Below the pieces are notes generated by a model. The model ran no database searches, had not been told where the DNA came from, and was given only the letters and a program-made list of their open reading frames with translations. 64,000 nucleotides of DNA from Klebsormidium nitens (Eukaryota; Plantae; Klebsormidiophyceae): NCBI GenBank assembly GCA_000708835.1, contig DF237424.1, forward strand, positions 8,481 to 72,480, in the 5' to 3' direction. The translations under genes were made by a program, and so were the position numbers. Of the stretch, positions 16,177 through 34,135 are shown in pieces; position 1 is the first letter of the stretch, and each line of letters opens with the position of its first letter.

Positions 16177-16880
16177 NNNNNNNNNNNNNNNNNNNNNNNN
16201 NNNNNNNNNNNNNNNNNNNNNNNNNNNNNNNNNNNNNNNNNNNNNNNNNNNNNNNNNNNNNNNNNNNNNNNNNNNNNNNNNNNNNNNNNNNNNNNNNNNN
16301 NNNNNNNNNNNNNNNNNNNNNNNNNNNNNNNNNNNNNNNNNNNNNNNNNNNNNNNNNNNNNNNNNNNNNNNNNNNNNNNNNNNNNNNNNNNNNNNNNNNN
16401 NNNNNNNNNNNNNNNNNNNNNNNNNNNNNNNNNNNNNNNNNNNNNNNNNNNNNNNNNNNNNNNNNNNNNNNNNNNNNNNNNNNNNNNNNNNNNNNNNNNN
16501 NNNNNNNNNNNNNNNNNNNNNNNNNNNNNNNNNNNNNNNNNNNNNNNNNNNNNNNNNNNNNNNNNNNNNNNNNNNNNNNNNNNNNNNNNNNNNNNNNNNN
16601 NNNNNNNNNNNNNNNNNNNNNNNNNNNNNNNNNNNNNNNNNNNNNNNNNNNNNNNNNNNNNNNNNNNNNNNNNNNNNNNNNNNNNNNNNNNNNNNNNNNN
16701 NNNNNNNNNNNNNNNNNNNNNNNNNNNNNNNNNNNNNNNNNNNNNNNNNNNNNNNNNNNNNNNNNNNNNNNNNNNNNNNNNNNNNNNNNNNNNNNNNNNN
16801 NNNNNNNNNNNNNNNNNNNNNNNNNNNNNNNNNNNNNNNNNNNNNNNNNNNNNNNNNNNNNNNNNNNNNNNNNNNNNNNA
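16177..16880. other. Assembly gap (704 N)
   Basis: Run of N. The ORFs 16031..17092, 16126..17016 and 16137..16883 are artefacts of it. Confidence 1.
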
Positions 16881-17208
16881 CAATTAAGGGGCTTCCTAGG
16901 CGAGACGGTAGACCCTCAATTCCTACTGCCTCCACGCCAAAAGTTGTCACTACCGTACGTACTTCGGAGGGCTCGTATAGGATATTGTGGACGGCATTTG
17001 CAGGCCAAGTAAACACACAGATATTTCGAAAGGCATCTGATCACCTTCTGCTTTCTGTCCTTGCCAAAATCTTGAAATTGACCTTGAACTAATTGAAGTT
17101 GCATGGCAAAAGCAGAGCACCACCAGCCTCATAAAGCTGACAGTGATAAAGTTCGCGCTCGTGTTGCTCCACATTGTCCACCATCTTTTCTTTGTGCGGG
17201 CCTTGGAG

Positions 17209-20200
17209 ATGGCAGCTGCACCAGCTGACATTGGGCGGGGAACGCTGTACGTCTTTGTAGAAGCTGGGAGAGGGGAAGAGCCATTGTGTTTCTCCAATCT
17301 GTGCTCGCCGCAGGGTACAATCTCCTCCTTGCGTGAAGCCATAGAGGTAAGAAGGCAACCCAGGAGTGGGAAAGTCAATGCGCCAAATGGAGGCCAATGC
17401 TGCCACTGTGGTTGACAATGATATGGCAGTCTCAGCAGGTCTAGAGTGTAAGCTGCATTGGGATGCGTTTGCAGACTGCTTTATTTTGCAGACTGCTCAT
17501 TTCCTTTAGCAGGATGCCCCTTTGTGGAATGCCCCTTTCATGAATGCGGCTAACATTTTGCGTTGCGTTTGCAACGGGAAACACTGCTGACTTTAGCAAA
17601 CCTTTAAAAGCGTGTCTTGCTCTCATTATGAACTTTGACTGGGGTCACTTCAGACATGTCCCTTTCGCTGCAGGGACATTCAGTTATCAATGTTAAACTC
17701 CTAAGGTACTTGATTCCAATGAAGTGCCGCAATCCGTGCAATGCGCTTTCGTCAAATGCAGAAAGTAGCCGCTCCTTATTTGAATGCCCCTTTATCCAAT
17801 GCAGAGGCAGAGTCGCGACGCCGGTGTGCTCAAAAGCAAGGAGTGCATTCGGCATCTGAAGCTGGTCTTCCAGAACCACCCCGAGGTGTTGCTGTCCAAT
17901 GACGATCCGCTGGACATCGTCTTCACGATCCTCAACGAACACTCTGGAAAGGACTGGCGGCAAACCTTTGCGTCTGGGGTGTGGCCCAGAATCACCGCAG
18001 TGGTCAAGAAGAAGAAGAAACGAACCCAGGCGGCAAATGTGTCGGGAGCGGAGCACGCAGAAGAGGGTGTGGCAACGCCAGCCAGGGAGGAGGGCGAGAC
18101 GTCAAGAAAGAGACGCGCAGAAGGGTCTGCAGACCAGGAAGGTGAGTAGATTGGGAGGAATGAAACAGGACGATTCTGTACATTGAGGCTTCCGCTTTCA
18201 TCTATCTTGCTGTAATGTAAGCTGCAAGAACACCAAGACACCTGAGTCCGAAACCTGGTTCTTGAGTACCGAAACCCTCTGAGGGATTAGTTGGTCAGGC
18301 GGCAAATGCTTGAGTTTCTTAAGGGCTTTGAAAGCTCACGAGAAAGGGCGCCCTGGTTGCTGTTGCTTTTTGTAGAGCTTGTCATTTAGGGAGCTGTCAG
18401 GATTGGGTTTCTTGGATCAGCAGAATGAAAATGGATCAGCAAATGTCAGCGCAAGCTCCTCAGGATCCTAGTATAAAATAGGTGTCGTTCTGGCACAGCA
18501 ATCAACTTATGAGAACGCACTGTACCAGGGACGCACTGACAACCTCAATCTGGTTGTCAAACAGTTTCCATCAATCCCTGCAGGTGATCCTCAGAAGACA
18601 CAGAAGCGTGGGGCTGGCGACACTGCCAGGAGCCGGCGTCCTTCAGTTCCGAGCGCGGCTGCAGATCAGGCCGGTCCCAGTGGTTCTGCTCCAGGCACCT
18701 CCTTGGATGAGATGCCCACTGCGCGGCTGGGCAGCAATCCCAGCAGTGAGGAACGGGGAGCCGCCACGGTTCAGCAAATCAAGAGCGAGCGCGGGTCGAA
18801 GGAAAGAGGGGCGACCTCTGGGAAGGAAGCAGAGAGTGAAGGGGTCAGCCAGAGGGGGAGGGAGGCGAGGAGTGCGCGCAAAGAGACGACGACAGGGAAG
18901 GTGCAAAAGCATGGGGGCTCAGAAGCGAGCGAGGCCACGATGAGGAGAGGCGACCAGATAGGTGGCGTAGATCGGAGGCCAGGGCAGGTAATGGGAGATG
19001 AAGGGAGAACTGCCTTTGGCAGAGACGAGCAAAGGAGGGGTGCGGACGAAATCGTTGAACGTGGCCGGGGATCGCGAAGCGGCACTGGACGGGAGAGGGA
19101 GCAGATTGGAGGTGCTGAGACACGTGGTCAGAAGGAAGTGCAGAGAATGAAGGCAGAAGAAAGTGCGTTGATTGGCCGCAGGGGATTGCCGGCAAAGGGT
19201 GCGGTTGGAAAGGAGCCGGCCTTCCGGAAGGAGGGGCCGGCTACAGGAGGGGCCAGGCAACCGGGGCCTCCTGGTGATAACATAGAGGGGGCGCCGACCG
19301 TGCGTAAGAGCAAGCGGCGAGCCCTGACAAACTACCAAATGAGTGACTCGGAGGACGAAGCTGGTCCGAGTCTGGCAGAGCGCGCCTCTGGCGTGAGAGT
19401 CAATGCTGTGCTAGGGAAGGCGGGAGGGCCTCGAGCGGTCGGCAGGAGCAGCGGATGCAGCTTGGAGGGTGTGAGTGGGGGTTCCAACGGGCGCGCTGCC
19501 TCAGGGGAGCTGTCAAGAGGAAACCGGAGTAAAAGGAACCCTCTCAGTGGTAAGGGGGAACGGGTTGGGGCGACAGTGGAGGCTGGCAGCAAGGAGTCGG
19601 CAGGGGGGTCGTGTACGGCGCGCGGCTCTAAGAAGCCTGCCGATGCAAGGCAAGCGAAGCGCTGCAACGCCTGTGAGGATGCGGACAACCCGGAGCTTAT
19701 GCTGGTCTGTGCCAGAGACGGCTGTCGGACGGCGCAGCACATTTACTGTCATAGCGAGGATCTAGAGGAGGTGCCGAAGGGGGACTGGTTCTGCTCCGTG
19801 GGCTGCGAAACGAAGGCGGGAGAGAGAAGGGGCGGACCGTGGGAGGTCGTTGGGCGACCGGTATGCAGCGTGCCAGGCTGTTTGAAAAATGCGTACTATG
19901 GGTACAGAGAAGCTGGGCTCATTGTGAGGGAACGATGCGGGGAACACAAACGGTTGGGCATGCAGCAGGCAGGGGGGAACGTGTGCGAAATCCTGGGGTG
20001 CCATACACAAGCACATTTCGCAAATCGAGAAGCTGTCCGGAGATGGCGCTGCGCAAAGCATCGGGAGGTAGGCATGGAGGCCACGTTCACATGTGACGTT
20101 TCTGGGTGTCCTATCACGCCAACCTGGCGGTCCATAGAGTCAAAAGGGCGGCGTTGCACAGCACACAAGCTGCCTGGGATGACGCCAAACGACTGCTGCA

Positions 20201-20334
20201 AGACCAACGGTTGCAGCCGACGAGCTACCTTCTACTACTCAGGGGAGGCGCGGTCCGCTTGCCAACACCATGCTCGACCAGGGATGATGTCCAAGAATAC
20301 AAAGCGAGTCTTGTTGCCTCGAGATTGCTTGTGA
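17209..20334 (+). CDS. PHD-finger protein with four C-terminal EsV-1-7-like Cys/His repeats, 3 predicted exons
   Basis: Exons 17209-17346, 17805(or 17811)-18141 and 18584-20334 join in phase to the 543-aa ORF. PHD-like CNAC..LVCARDGCRTAQHIYC..VPKGDWFCSVGC, then four units of C-x3-GC-x3-(A/P)-x(9-14)-C-x2-H-x3-GM. KKKKKR is a possible NLS. The 5' exons are less certain than the last. Confidence 0.75.
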
Positions 20335-22047
20335 GGTGGTTTTAGCAACATACATGAGGAATTCCGTACTCGATTAGAACTGAACGAGAGAATCTTAGGC
20401 TAGCAGCTACACCGGGTGAGATAACAGCTTCCTTGGCCACGGTTCAATCGTTGATTGGACATTTGATTCCGAATGTGGATTGATTGTCAAGCTAGGCAGC
20501 TCTAAAACTATGTCATGCATCAAGAGTGCTTGGCGTTTGCATGCACTGCGGTAGCAGAATGCATATTCCGATATTGAAATGCAGCTAGTAGATTACAACT
20601 AGATATACAAGCATCCGGCATGTTCTATTAGTCACTCGACGTACTCGAACCGCGGGCGAATCTAAACCGAGCAGCTCCGGCTTCAAAAAAATGCAGGTGC
20701 TATACATGCTTCAGGCGCTTTGGTGACTTGGATCATTGGTTGAAGTTGATTTCGAGAAAGTTGAAAGCCAGAAAACTTGGGCGCGCCATTCGATGGCAGA
20801 GAATTGTGACTCACAGACTGCAGCATGCATGTGAGCAAATTGTTGATCAAACTCACATGCTGCGCCAGGCTGTAGTGACATGCAGTAGTCATGTGACATA
20901 GAGTGCAATGATCTTATGCATGTTGTTCGACCACGATGTTCTCTTTTAAAAACGCCATAGCCACATGGGCCATATAGGCTTCCATGGCATACACATGGCC
21001 ACCCCGGGCCGTCAATGTTTGAATTGCGTCGGAACGCCTAGCTAGCCTACCGTATCTCATGGTACTGACTTACGTAAGTCAGTGTGCTACATGCTACAGT
21101 ACACTACACTACACATGATCGGATGATCCCGGACGCGAGAACCCAATGCAACAATTTAGCATACATATACGCAATTTATGTGACATATTTCAACCTTCAT
21201 CCGGATGGAGGTGATGGACGCGCGGGGACAGTTGTGGGATCATGTTAAGCTTTATACCTAAGCTAGCTATACTTAAGCTATACTTATTGAAGTTATACTA
21301 TGATCGTAGTATAGCCTATAGTATAGCTATATCATAGTATCGATACGGAATCGCCAGCGTTCTGCTTGTGCAGACCGTGCGTCGCGGTCTGTAGGCATTG
21401 ACATACATGTACTAAATTGCATGTTGCATTCACGCCTACACTTTGCTTGCATGCACGAGTGTGGACTCGATTATGTTGTACTAATTTGAGAAACGGACAA
21501 TAAATTACTCATATAAACCCTGAGATTGAAGGTGATGCGCCCAAACAATGATCAAATGCGAGACATGCCCGGGCCATGTTATAGGAGAGGCCGGGTCAGT
21601 CCGACATTCTTGTATGCACACACCATATTTGATGGTGGCAACTTCAACACTGTGGGCCTTGAATGGGCTCAGAGAGAATATAATATCCTTGAACGACATC
21701 CATTTCAAATTGTTTCAACGTCGTACTGCAAAAGGTGGAAGCGCCCATTTTCCCGACGAACTGGCAAATACGGCAGGGCATGCAAGAACCTTTCAAGCAG
21801 TGCTTAATGAAGGCTCCACACAGAACATAGACCCCAATAGCCCTGCAAAGTTCACAATAACATGAGGCTTTGCCGAGGCAATTGTTCAACAATGGCGCCG
21901 TAGCATGACTGGTTGTCTTCAGCTTCGTCACATACACAATATGAAGGGAAGGCCGTCAGCCTGCACTGTCACGTAGCACTCACAAGTGCCAAAAGAAACG
22001 GGCACTTGAAAAGGGGGATATCAAGAAGCTGGCCCGAGGCAAAGAAC

Positions 22048-25000
22048 TCATTCGAGGGTCGTGCTTATGATCTTCACATCCTCAAAAGGCTTGTCATTTT
22101 TATCAACTTTTACCTTTTCTATTGCCTGCACAACATCAGCGCCCTTCACGACCCGACCAAAGACAGTATGCTTGTTGTCTAGCCACGGAGTTGCTACCGT
22201 CGTGATGAACCTGCGAAAAAAGGCGATAAGAATCACTCCGGATGTTATGAAGACCAAAGACTACCTCCCGTCAAAGGCGTTTCCCTTGACAAAGGCAACA
22301 GCTCGATCCAGTGCGCCACAGCTCAGCTTCAGCTCAGCTTGTTCGTTCACGTAGTTGGCTGGACACTTCGACCAGAAAAACCGGGGACCGAATATTCCAA
22401 ATCTCCAGTAGAAGCTCTGCTTGGTTTTAGCATTTTTGGTCTTGACATCATTCAAATTGCCACCATTTCTCACCATTGCGAGCCGTTGGTGTTGGGCCCC
22501 GCATTGGCCATCGAGACGGTGAACGGCCGATCATGCCGCAGCGACTTGTGGAATTCGTCCTCGAACTCCCCGCCCCAGATGGACTGCCCCCCCGTGCCGT
22601 CCCCAAGGGGATCCCCCGTCTGCACCATGAAGCCCTTGATGACCCGGTGGAAGATCAGGTTGTCGAAGTAGCCGTTCTTGCAGTGCGTCACGAAGTTCTC
22701 GACGGTGCGCGGGCACTCCTCCGGGTACAGCCGCAGGTGGAGGTCGCCGTAGTTGGTGTGCACAGTCTGCCGAGGGAAGGGGGAAGGGTTGTGAGTGGAC
22801 AGATTTGGGCGCTCGGAGTGACAGCGGGTGCTCTGGCGATACGATCAACTGTGGTGCATGGAAGCGACCTTCCCTACGAAGCGGCTTGAAGTCAGTCCGT
22901 CCGCAGAGCCTTTCGCTACCAAGAACTGCCTTTCAAATGACAACCGACCACTGTGTGTCAAGACTTCGATGATGAATCTAAAGAACGAAAAAGAACTAGC
23001 GGAAGGAGCTCTAGTGGTTGAAGCGCGAAAGGGTTGACGACGACTCCTTTTCGGCAGGCTATCCGCAACCTGCCAACGCCGGAGCTTCCCAGTCTTTGTA
23101 TCACTAGTGGCCGCCAGATTTTTAAAGTAAAGAAGTTCGCACGCTCGAAGCTGACCCATCCTTTTCCAAAAACCTTGGAAACGCTCCCGCTTTCTGCTTC
23201 AAACGAAGCCTTCAATACCCTCGAGCCTTGGCTTGGCATTCGGGATTGGACGACGTTTCCGGGGAGGGCTCTAGCTTCTCACCGTGCCCTCAGTGAAAGC
23301 CCTACATAAAGCAGAAGGCACAACCCGAAAGCCCAAAATACTATCAAAAATCAGTACAAATCTCGCGTCGCTCACCACCCCCGTGGAGAGCTGCCCCGCC
23401 GCGGCCCGCCCGCTGTCGGTGAGCGCAAGCAGCTCCTCGGCGGGCGGCTTCTCGTTGAAGACGTCGCGCCCCTTGCTGACGTCATCCGCCTCCTCGGGCT
23501 CCCTCTTGGTGAACAGGTACAGCCGGTGCTTCTTGAACGCGCAGCAGAGGAGGGTGACGTCACGGCCCAGCAGGTTCGGGTCGGGCGCGGTGGTAACGGT
23601 TCCGTCCGGGGCGGTAATGGTGATGGGCGCGGGGTTCTGCGAGTTGGCGGACAGGTTGGCGCGGTATGCCTTGCTGCCCTTCTTCTCGCCGCCCTGGAAG
23701 AGCGCGACGCGCAGGAAGCGCTCCGTGTTCTCGACCTTGCCGATGATGCGCACGCACCGGTTGGTCTGCAGGTTCACCACCTTAATGCTGCGGGGGAATG
23801 GGGGGGTGGAGTCGTCAGGACGAGAGTGAAAGCACCGGCTCGAGACTGGAAACATTGGAAGTTGTGCAGGGGGTTCGCAGTTTGTGGACTCTTCCAAAGG
23901 AAGGACAACCTTCTTGCAGCGTCTTATAACGTTTTGTTGACCAGCTCGACGCTGGGCGTAGTCCATGACTAGACGTCAAATGCGAAAGTCAACCCGTCTT
24001 CCATCCCGAGGGAAAACCGACAGAATGGAGGGGGGAAGGAACAGCACGGGCATCGTTTTGTGCGGAAGGGGTTCAGTTGCAGATTGTCAGAGGATCGACC
24101 CCTTGATGCCAGAAGAAGAACCGCTAACCGCCAGACATCAAATTGAGCCGTCGAAGCATGTACACATGCAAACCACATTGTTAGAATCTTTGAGCGAGCG
24201 AGAACAGCCGTGACGTTAGAGTCAGCAGGGCGTTGCGAACGACAATCGAGCAACAAATAAGAGCGGAGCCGAAGCTGCACAGGGTCAAAAAGCCCGGCGC
24301 TTCTCGCACGCTTGGAATGAGAGAACATAAATCTGGGCGCATCAAAAGGCAGTTTTCCCGTCCAAGAGAGACGAGCGGCGCACTGGCTGCGAATGATACA
24401 TTGCGGACGTCCTGAAGTCCAAATACGTAAACGGCGTCTGAAATCAGCGTCTAAAGCAGCCGTTGGACTTCCTAAGAATGAACATCAGAAGACCTCGAGG
24501 GGCCGTTAGTAGCGGCTCAAGGGCACTTGTTGACGCCAACTGTGCACGACAGCTCAGATTCACCAATCGCAGTCCTCACCCTAAGAGAGTGGGGTAGAGG
24601 ACAAAGTTGCTGCTCTCGTCGAAGACCGCATTGGGCGGCACCGCTTCGGGGCTGGTTTCAATCTCCTTCTCGATGGCCAGCCGCCGCCCAAAGTCGATCG
24701 GGTCCAGCTTGAACAGCTCCGCATCCCCGCGCTGCAGCTCGGCGGCAGCCTGACGGGAAAAGGAAAGGGGATCGCGATTAGCTGCGGTCCCGATGAGCTC
24801 TTTGGTCTAGTTACCCCGCCGACAAACTGTTGGAAGGCCCAGAGGACTGACAGCGATCGGGCCTCCAAAAAACTGAATGACGCTCCTGGAGTGCGTTTCG
24901 ATCGAAGTGAAGTCGAGCTCAGGATCGGCAAATATTGCTGATACCTCTGAATGCGAATTCTCAAACTTGAGCTTTTCAAAGCGATTCGAGCGGGGATGCT

Positions 25001-28000
25001 TCGACTCCCAAACCCAACGGAAACCCTCTCGATTTGTCTACAATCGGCAGAGACTCTGCCGGACTGACACTGGCCCAACGAACCCAGAGCCTTCCGAAGG
25101 CCGGCAGCTCACAGTCTTGCGCACGAGTCGATAATGAGTCACGTGTAAGCAGAGGCAAAGAGCACGTACTCGTCAAACTTCTATCTCGACTGATGTCGCA
25201 GAGTGTTTTCGTACCTCTCTGCTTTCGTCGTATGATCGTCGTAGCTTGCCCGTCTCGAACCGGAAGACTCGTATCCGTTTGTCAGGGGAGGTCGTCACGA
25301 ACTGTCGGCCATCGGGCGAGATCTGCACGCAAAGAGATGACGTCAAGCAATGGAGAACTTGTTCAGACTCGCATCGACCGAGCTAACGTTTGACTGAAGC
25401 TTCGACGTCAGAACACAAGCTCCAGATTGTCTTGGGGCTCAGTCCTGGAGTACAAATGGCGGCGCACGAGAACCGGTGAAAGGAAGATCGCCCAGTATGC
25501 AGCAGCGCTGGAATTTTACAGTGAGTTCGTTTAGATGGGCAGCGAGTGCAGCACGTTTTCCCGCATTTTTCCAAGCATACAGCAGCTGGGCCAACGTTTA
25601 ACGAGAATTGCGGTTGTTTGTGTCTCTAAAACTAGGGTCCTAGTATCGGACACGTACTTTCGTTCCTCCCATCCCGTCACGTAAGCCTGCCCAACAAGAA
25701 GGTGGCAACGAGTCTCACCTCCAGAGAGGAGGCTGTGGTTTTCGCCTTGGCCAACGCATACAGGTCGGTGTCCGTTTTATACCGGAAGCTGACACTGCAG
25801 AGAAGCACATGGAGAGTCAGCACGGCCCCAGAAAGGTTACCGCCGCCGGAGCAACCTCGGGTTTGAACGCAGCACTCTGGACTGAAAGCCTGATCCCTAA
25901 AGCTTTGGATTGCTCCGGGGGGTCCCGCAGAAGCGAGCTGTATGTGCGTCTCTTTACAGAGCCCAGGAAGTCCACTTCCGGGTTCGAATCTTGTTTGGAC
26001 GGTCCAGATCGCTAGTACGGCCGATCTGGGTCTCCAGAGCTGCCTTTTGAATAGAAAGCTAACGGGGACTGGGTTAGCAGCCTGACGCCCAGATCTTTGT
26101 TGAGCAAGACAACTATCTGGCAAATCATTTCACACTGGGCTCCTTAGAATGAAAGCGTCAGGTAGGTGCTACTAGGTAGGTGCTAATAGGTAGCTGCTAA
26201 ACAAAGGGACCAATGATGCTACTTGAAACCTGTGGCCAACAAGATCAAGGAAAACACACGTTTGAAGCTCTGTCTTACATGTCTGTGTTGCCGACCGGAA
26301 CCTAGCAACCCAGCAATCCAGCAACTCAGCCAAGAAGGCTTCTCTCGCCCCCACAACCTGTGATGGCGAGAGCCTACCTGCTGCTTGGCAGATCGCCCGT
26401 GTCTGGCGACCAGTACTCCAGAAGCCCCTTTGTGTCCGCCGAAATCACGACATGGCGGGCCACGTTGTACCGCATCACCTGAACTGGACTACTATGAACC
26501 TGCAAAGCCAGAAACGACCTCAGTACGGGTGTTCGAAATTTCGCCTTGGCCTACTTTCTCGTTCTTTTTCCAATTTTTGACAGCTCACCGTTGCAAAACA
26601 GTATGCTTCTGCTGTCCCCGCATGCTTACAGTTCAAGAGCCCCTGCCAGCACTTAGATTGACAGGGAGCTCCACAAGAAACAGGAGCTTTGCTTTGCTTT
26701 GCTCTTCACGGCCTTTCTCCAACCAAAGTGAACAAACGGAATTTCGGATTCAAAAGCGTCTCCAAACTCGTCTCAAAACTTTCCAACGTATTGGGCCTAC
26801 CTTCATGCTCTTGATGGGGTCGTTGGACCCCGACCTTGCATCGTAGATGTGCACCTGCGCCAAGTCCGCGTCTGCGACCGCCAGCCTGGCCTGCGCCTCC
26901 CCCTTCTTAAACACCCACTCGACAGCGCTAGGGGTGTAGGGTAACCGCAGCATGGCCATCATGTCAAAGCTGACGACGTCAAAGATCTTGGCAGACTTGT
27001 CCGTGGAGATGGTCGCCGCGAGCAGGCCGTCCGGGCTGACCTGCAGAAACTCCCACGGTTGAGTCCAGATGTGAGCAATGTTCTTGCGACACCAGGAATC
27101 TAAGCACGAGGTTTGAGAACATCGAGCAAGCGTCTGCATTTCGGCTTCGTTGAGTTCAAGTCGGCAAGCGGCGTGCAACTTGCGCCTGACCCAGCATGAG
27201 TTGAATGTCGCGGCCACCATGTCCGGAGAGTTTCACCTGATCCAAGCTTCTGCTTTTGACTGTCAGAATGAATCGAGGAGAATGCGGACTCCTGCCCAAC
27301 TTTCAAGTTCACTTCCCTCGACTGTAACTCCTCGGATCACTGGTCCAAAAGGGTCTTGCCGTCAATGTCAACCGTCAGACTCCTTTTCTTTTGCAAAGAA
27401 CGTCTGCCAGGATCGCCTGGGAGTCCGCGCTTTTCTCCCACTTGTTGTGTTGTCTAAACCAAATCAACACTCCTGACATGAGCTTTTCAGATGAGTGAAC
27501 CTTACACGCGGTGGTCTTCCATGCAGTTCAGAGTTGACACCCCAGGAAGTCAACATTTGCAACCATACTTGCACAGTGTCTAAGAGAAATCATTCCCCCA
27601 GAAATGAAGGGCAATTGAAGAAGATGCGAGTATCTGGTCATTGACTTACCACCAGGCCAGTGACAGGTCCTAGGTGCGCTCTGAAGTGCTTGGCAAATTC
27701 GATTCCCATGGGCTTCTTCTTCCAAAACTTGAGGTGACCTGGGGAAGAGCAGGAAGTTTTGGGCTTGTCAGATGAGTGGAGAGTTTTGCACTTCGACCCC
27801 GACATCCAGAAGTTCGCAAAACATCGCATCTGCTCGGTGATCCAACGAACATTAAGTATAAATCATTGTGGACTTGGATTCCGCCTTAATTCGTCGTCTA
27901 TGATAGTCCCTCCTTCCGTGGGGGCGCACATGTGGCTTCTTGTGAACAAGGACACGGGGTTTGGACTCAGCAAAGCTCACCATCTGCACTTCCGGTGATA

Positions 28001-28446
28001 AAAAAGTCTGCGGGGGACACCGCAACGACCGTGACGATGTCACGGTGCATGTAACTCTTCTCATACCTGCAAAACAACGGGCGCCTTTAGGATTGAAGCC
28101 ACCACCACCCAAACAGGCAAACGTACATCTTTGGGAGCGGTAGTTGCCTCTGTCTCCGCTTTCTTCTCCAATTGCTGATCTCATCATCGAAGGTGCCAAG
28201 GCCCAATGTATCTGGGGGAGTAGGTCAACGACCTTGAGTTACTTCTACTTACATTTCAGCAGATGGTATAGCGTCCAGGTACACTTTCTCAAATTCCAAC
28301 TGCTTTTTCCTCTTCTTTGGTTGTGGCAGAGCAGGCCCGACCATTTCTTCCTCCTCCTCGACCTCCTCTCCCTCTTCTTCAATCGCATCCAAAGGCCTCT
28401 TCCGAGGGCCGTCATCAGGCTGGCTTTGGTCTTCGGGAGCCCCCAT
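22048..28446 (-). CDS. CYP71: WD40-repeat cyclophilin CYP71/PPWD1, about 11 exons
   Basis: Start [37 protein letters not shown] (28446-28253), then YEKSYMHRD (~28066-27980), HLKFWKKK (~27650-27740), [12 protein letters not shown] (~26800-27040), [20 protein letters not shown] (~25216-25322), [12 protein letters not shown] (~24580-24750), [12 protein letters not shown] (~23374-23785) and the cyclophilin domain [54 protein letters not shown] (22470-22766, 22048-22209). Internal boundaries are approximate. Confidence 0.95.
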
Positions 28447-29128
28447 AATTGCTGACCCGCAAATGTATAACACAACTCTGGTCAGTGGATGCCGGCCCAA
28501 CAAAAGTCTCACGCTCGTACCAGCTGCGCTGCCCGCTCCAACCTATTGCAATTAGTTCTGCACATGTGAAGCAACTTCCACCAAAGGCCAGGGCAATGAA
28601 GGAGACAATGAACACTTCTCTTGTTCTCTTCAAACCCGTTCGTATCGGAAAATATCAGGGGTGGTGCTTCCTCCTGACCTTCATAGAAGTGGATCTTCCA
28701 AGTGCTTCCTTGCACTTGCTTGAACTGTGAACATTCATGATTCAGCTTTCTCTGGAGCTAACTTAGCCTGGGCTAGCCCAGGATTTTCCAAATTGGCATT
28801 GGCATTCCGCTCAAGGGGACGGAAAGGCAGTTCTTTTCGGCGGATTCCGGCTCCCCGGGGCCCAGCTGCTGCGCCCGGGGCCTCTGGCCCCTCTGCGATG
28901 GTTTCTTTCGGTATAGGTTTCTTTCGATCGGCCCTGACTCAGACCCAGGGCCAGAGTCTGTGCAAGCTGTGCAGCCGCTTGATCAGCCGCTTGGTTTCGC
29001 AGGATCCCTTAGGCTTCTGCACCATTTTGCGCTGCATTAGCTGACCTTTGCAGATTGTGGGAGGAGGATAAGGGCAGGATTTTAAGCTGCAAAGACAGCA
29101 GACTCGGGGTTTTTGTGCATCAAGCAAG

Positions 29129-34135
<5,007 letters not shown>

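Noticed and set aside
16031-17092. Long ORFs of 248-353 aa in the ORF track
   Set aside because: Artefacts of the N gap.
21526-21937. Overlapping ~100-aa ORFs downstream of CYP71
   Set aside because: No recognisable motif or codon bias; probably 3' UTR or intergenic.
23284-23972. Plus-strand ORFs of 148-181 aa, and similar antisense ORFs over 38149-39726 and 54238-58412
   Set aside because: Shadow frames of GC3-rich exons of CYP71, the MGCGAS gene and AZG.
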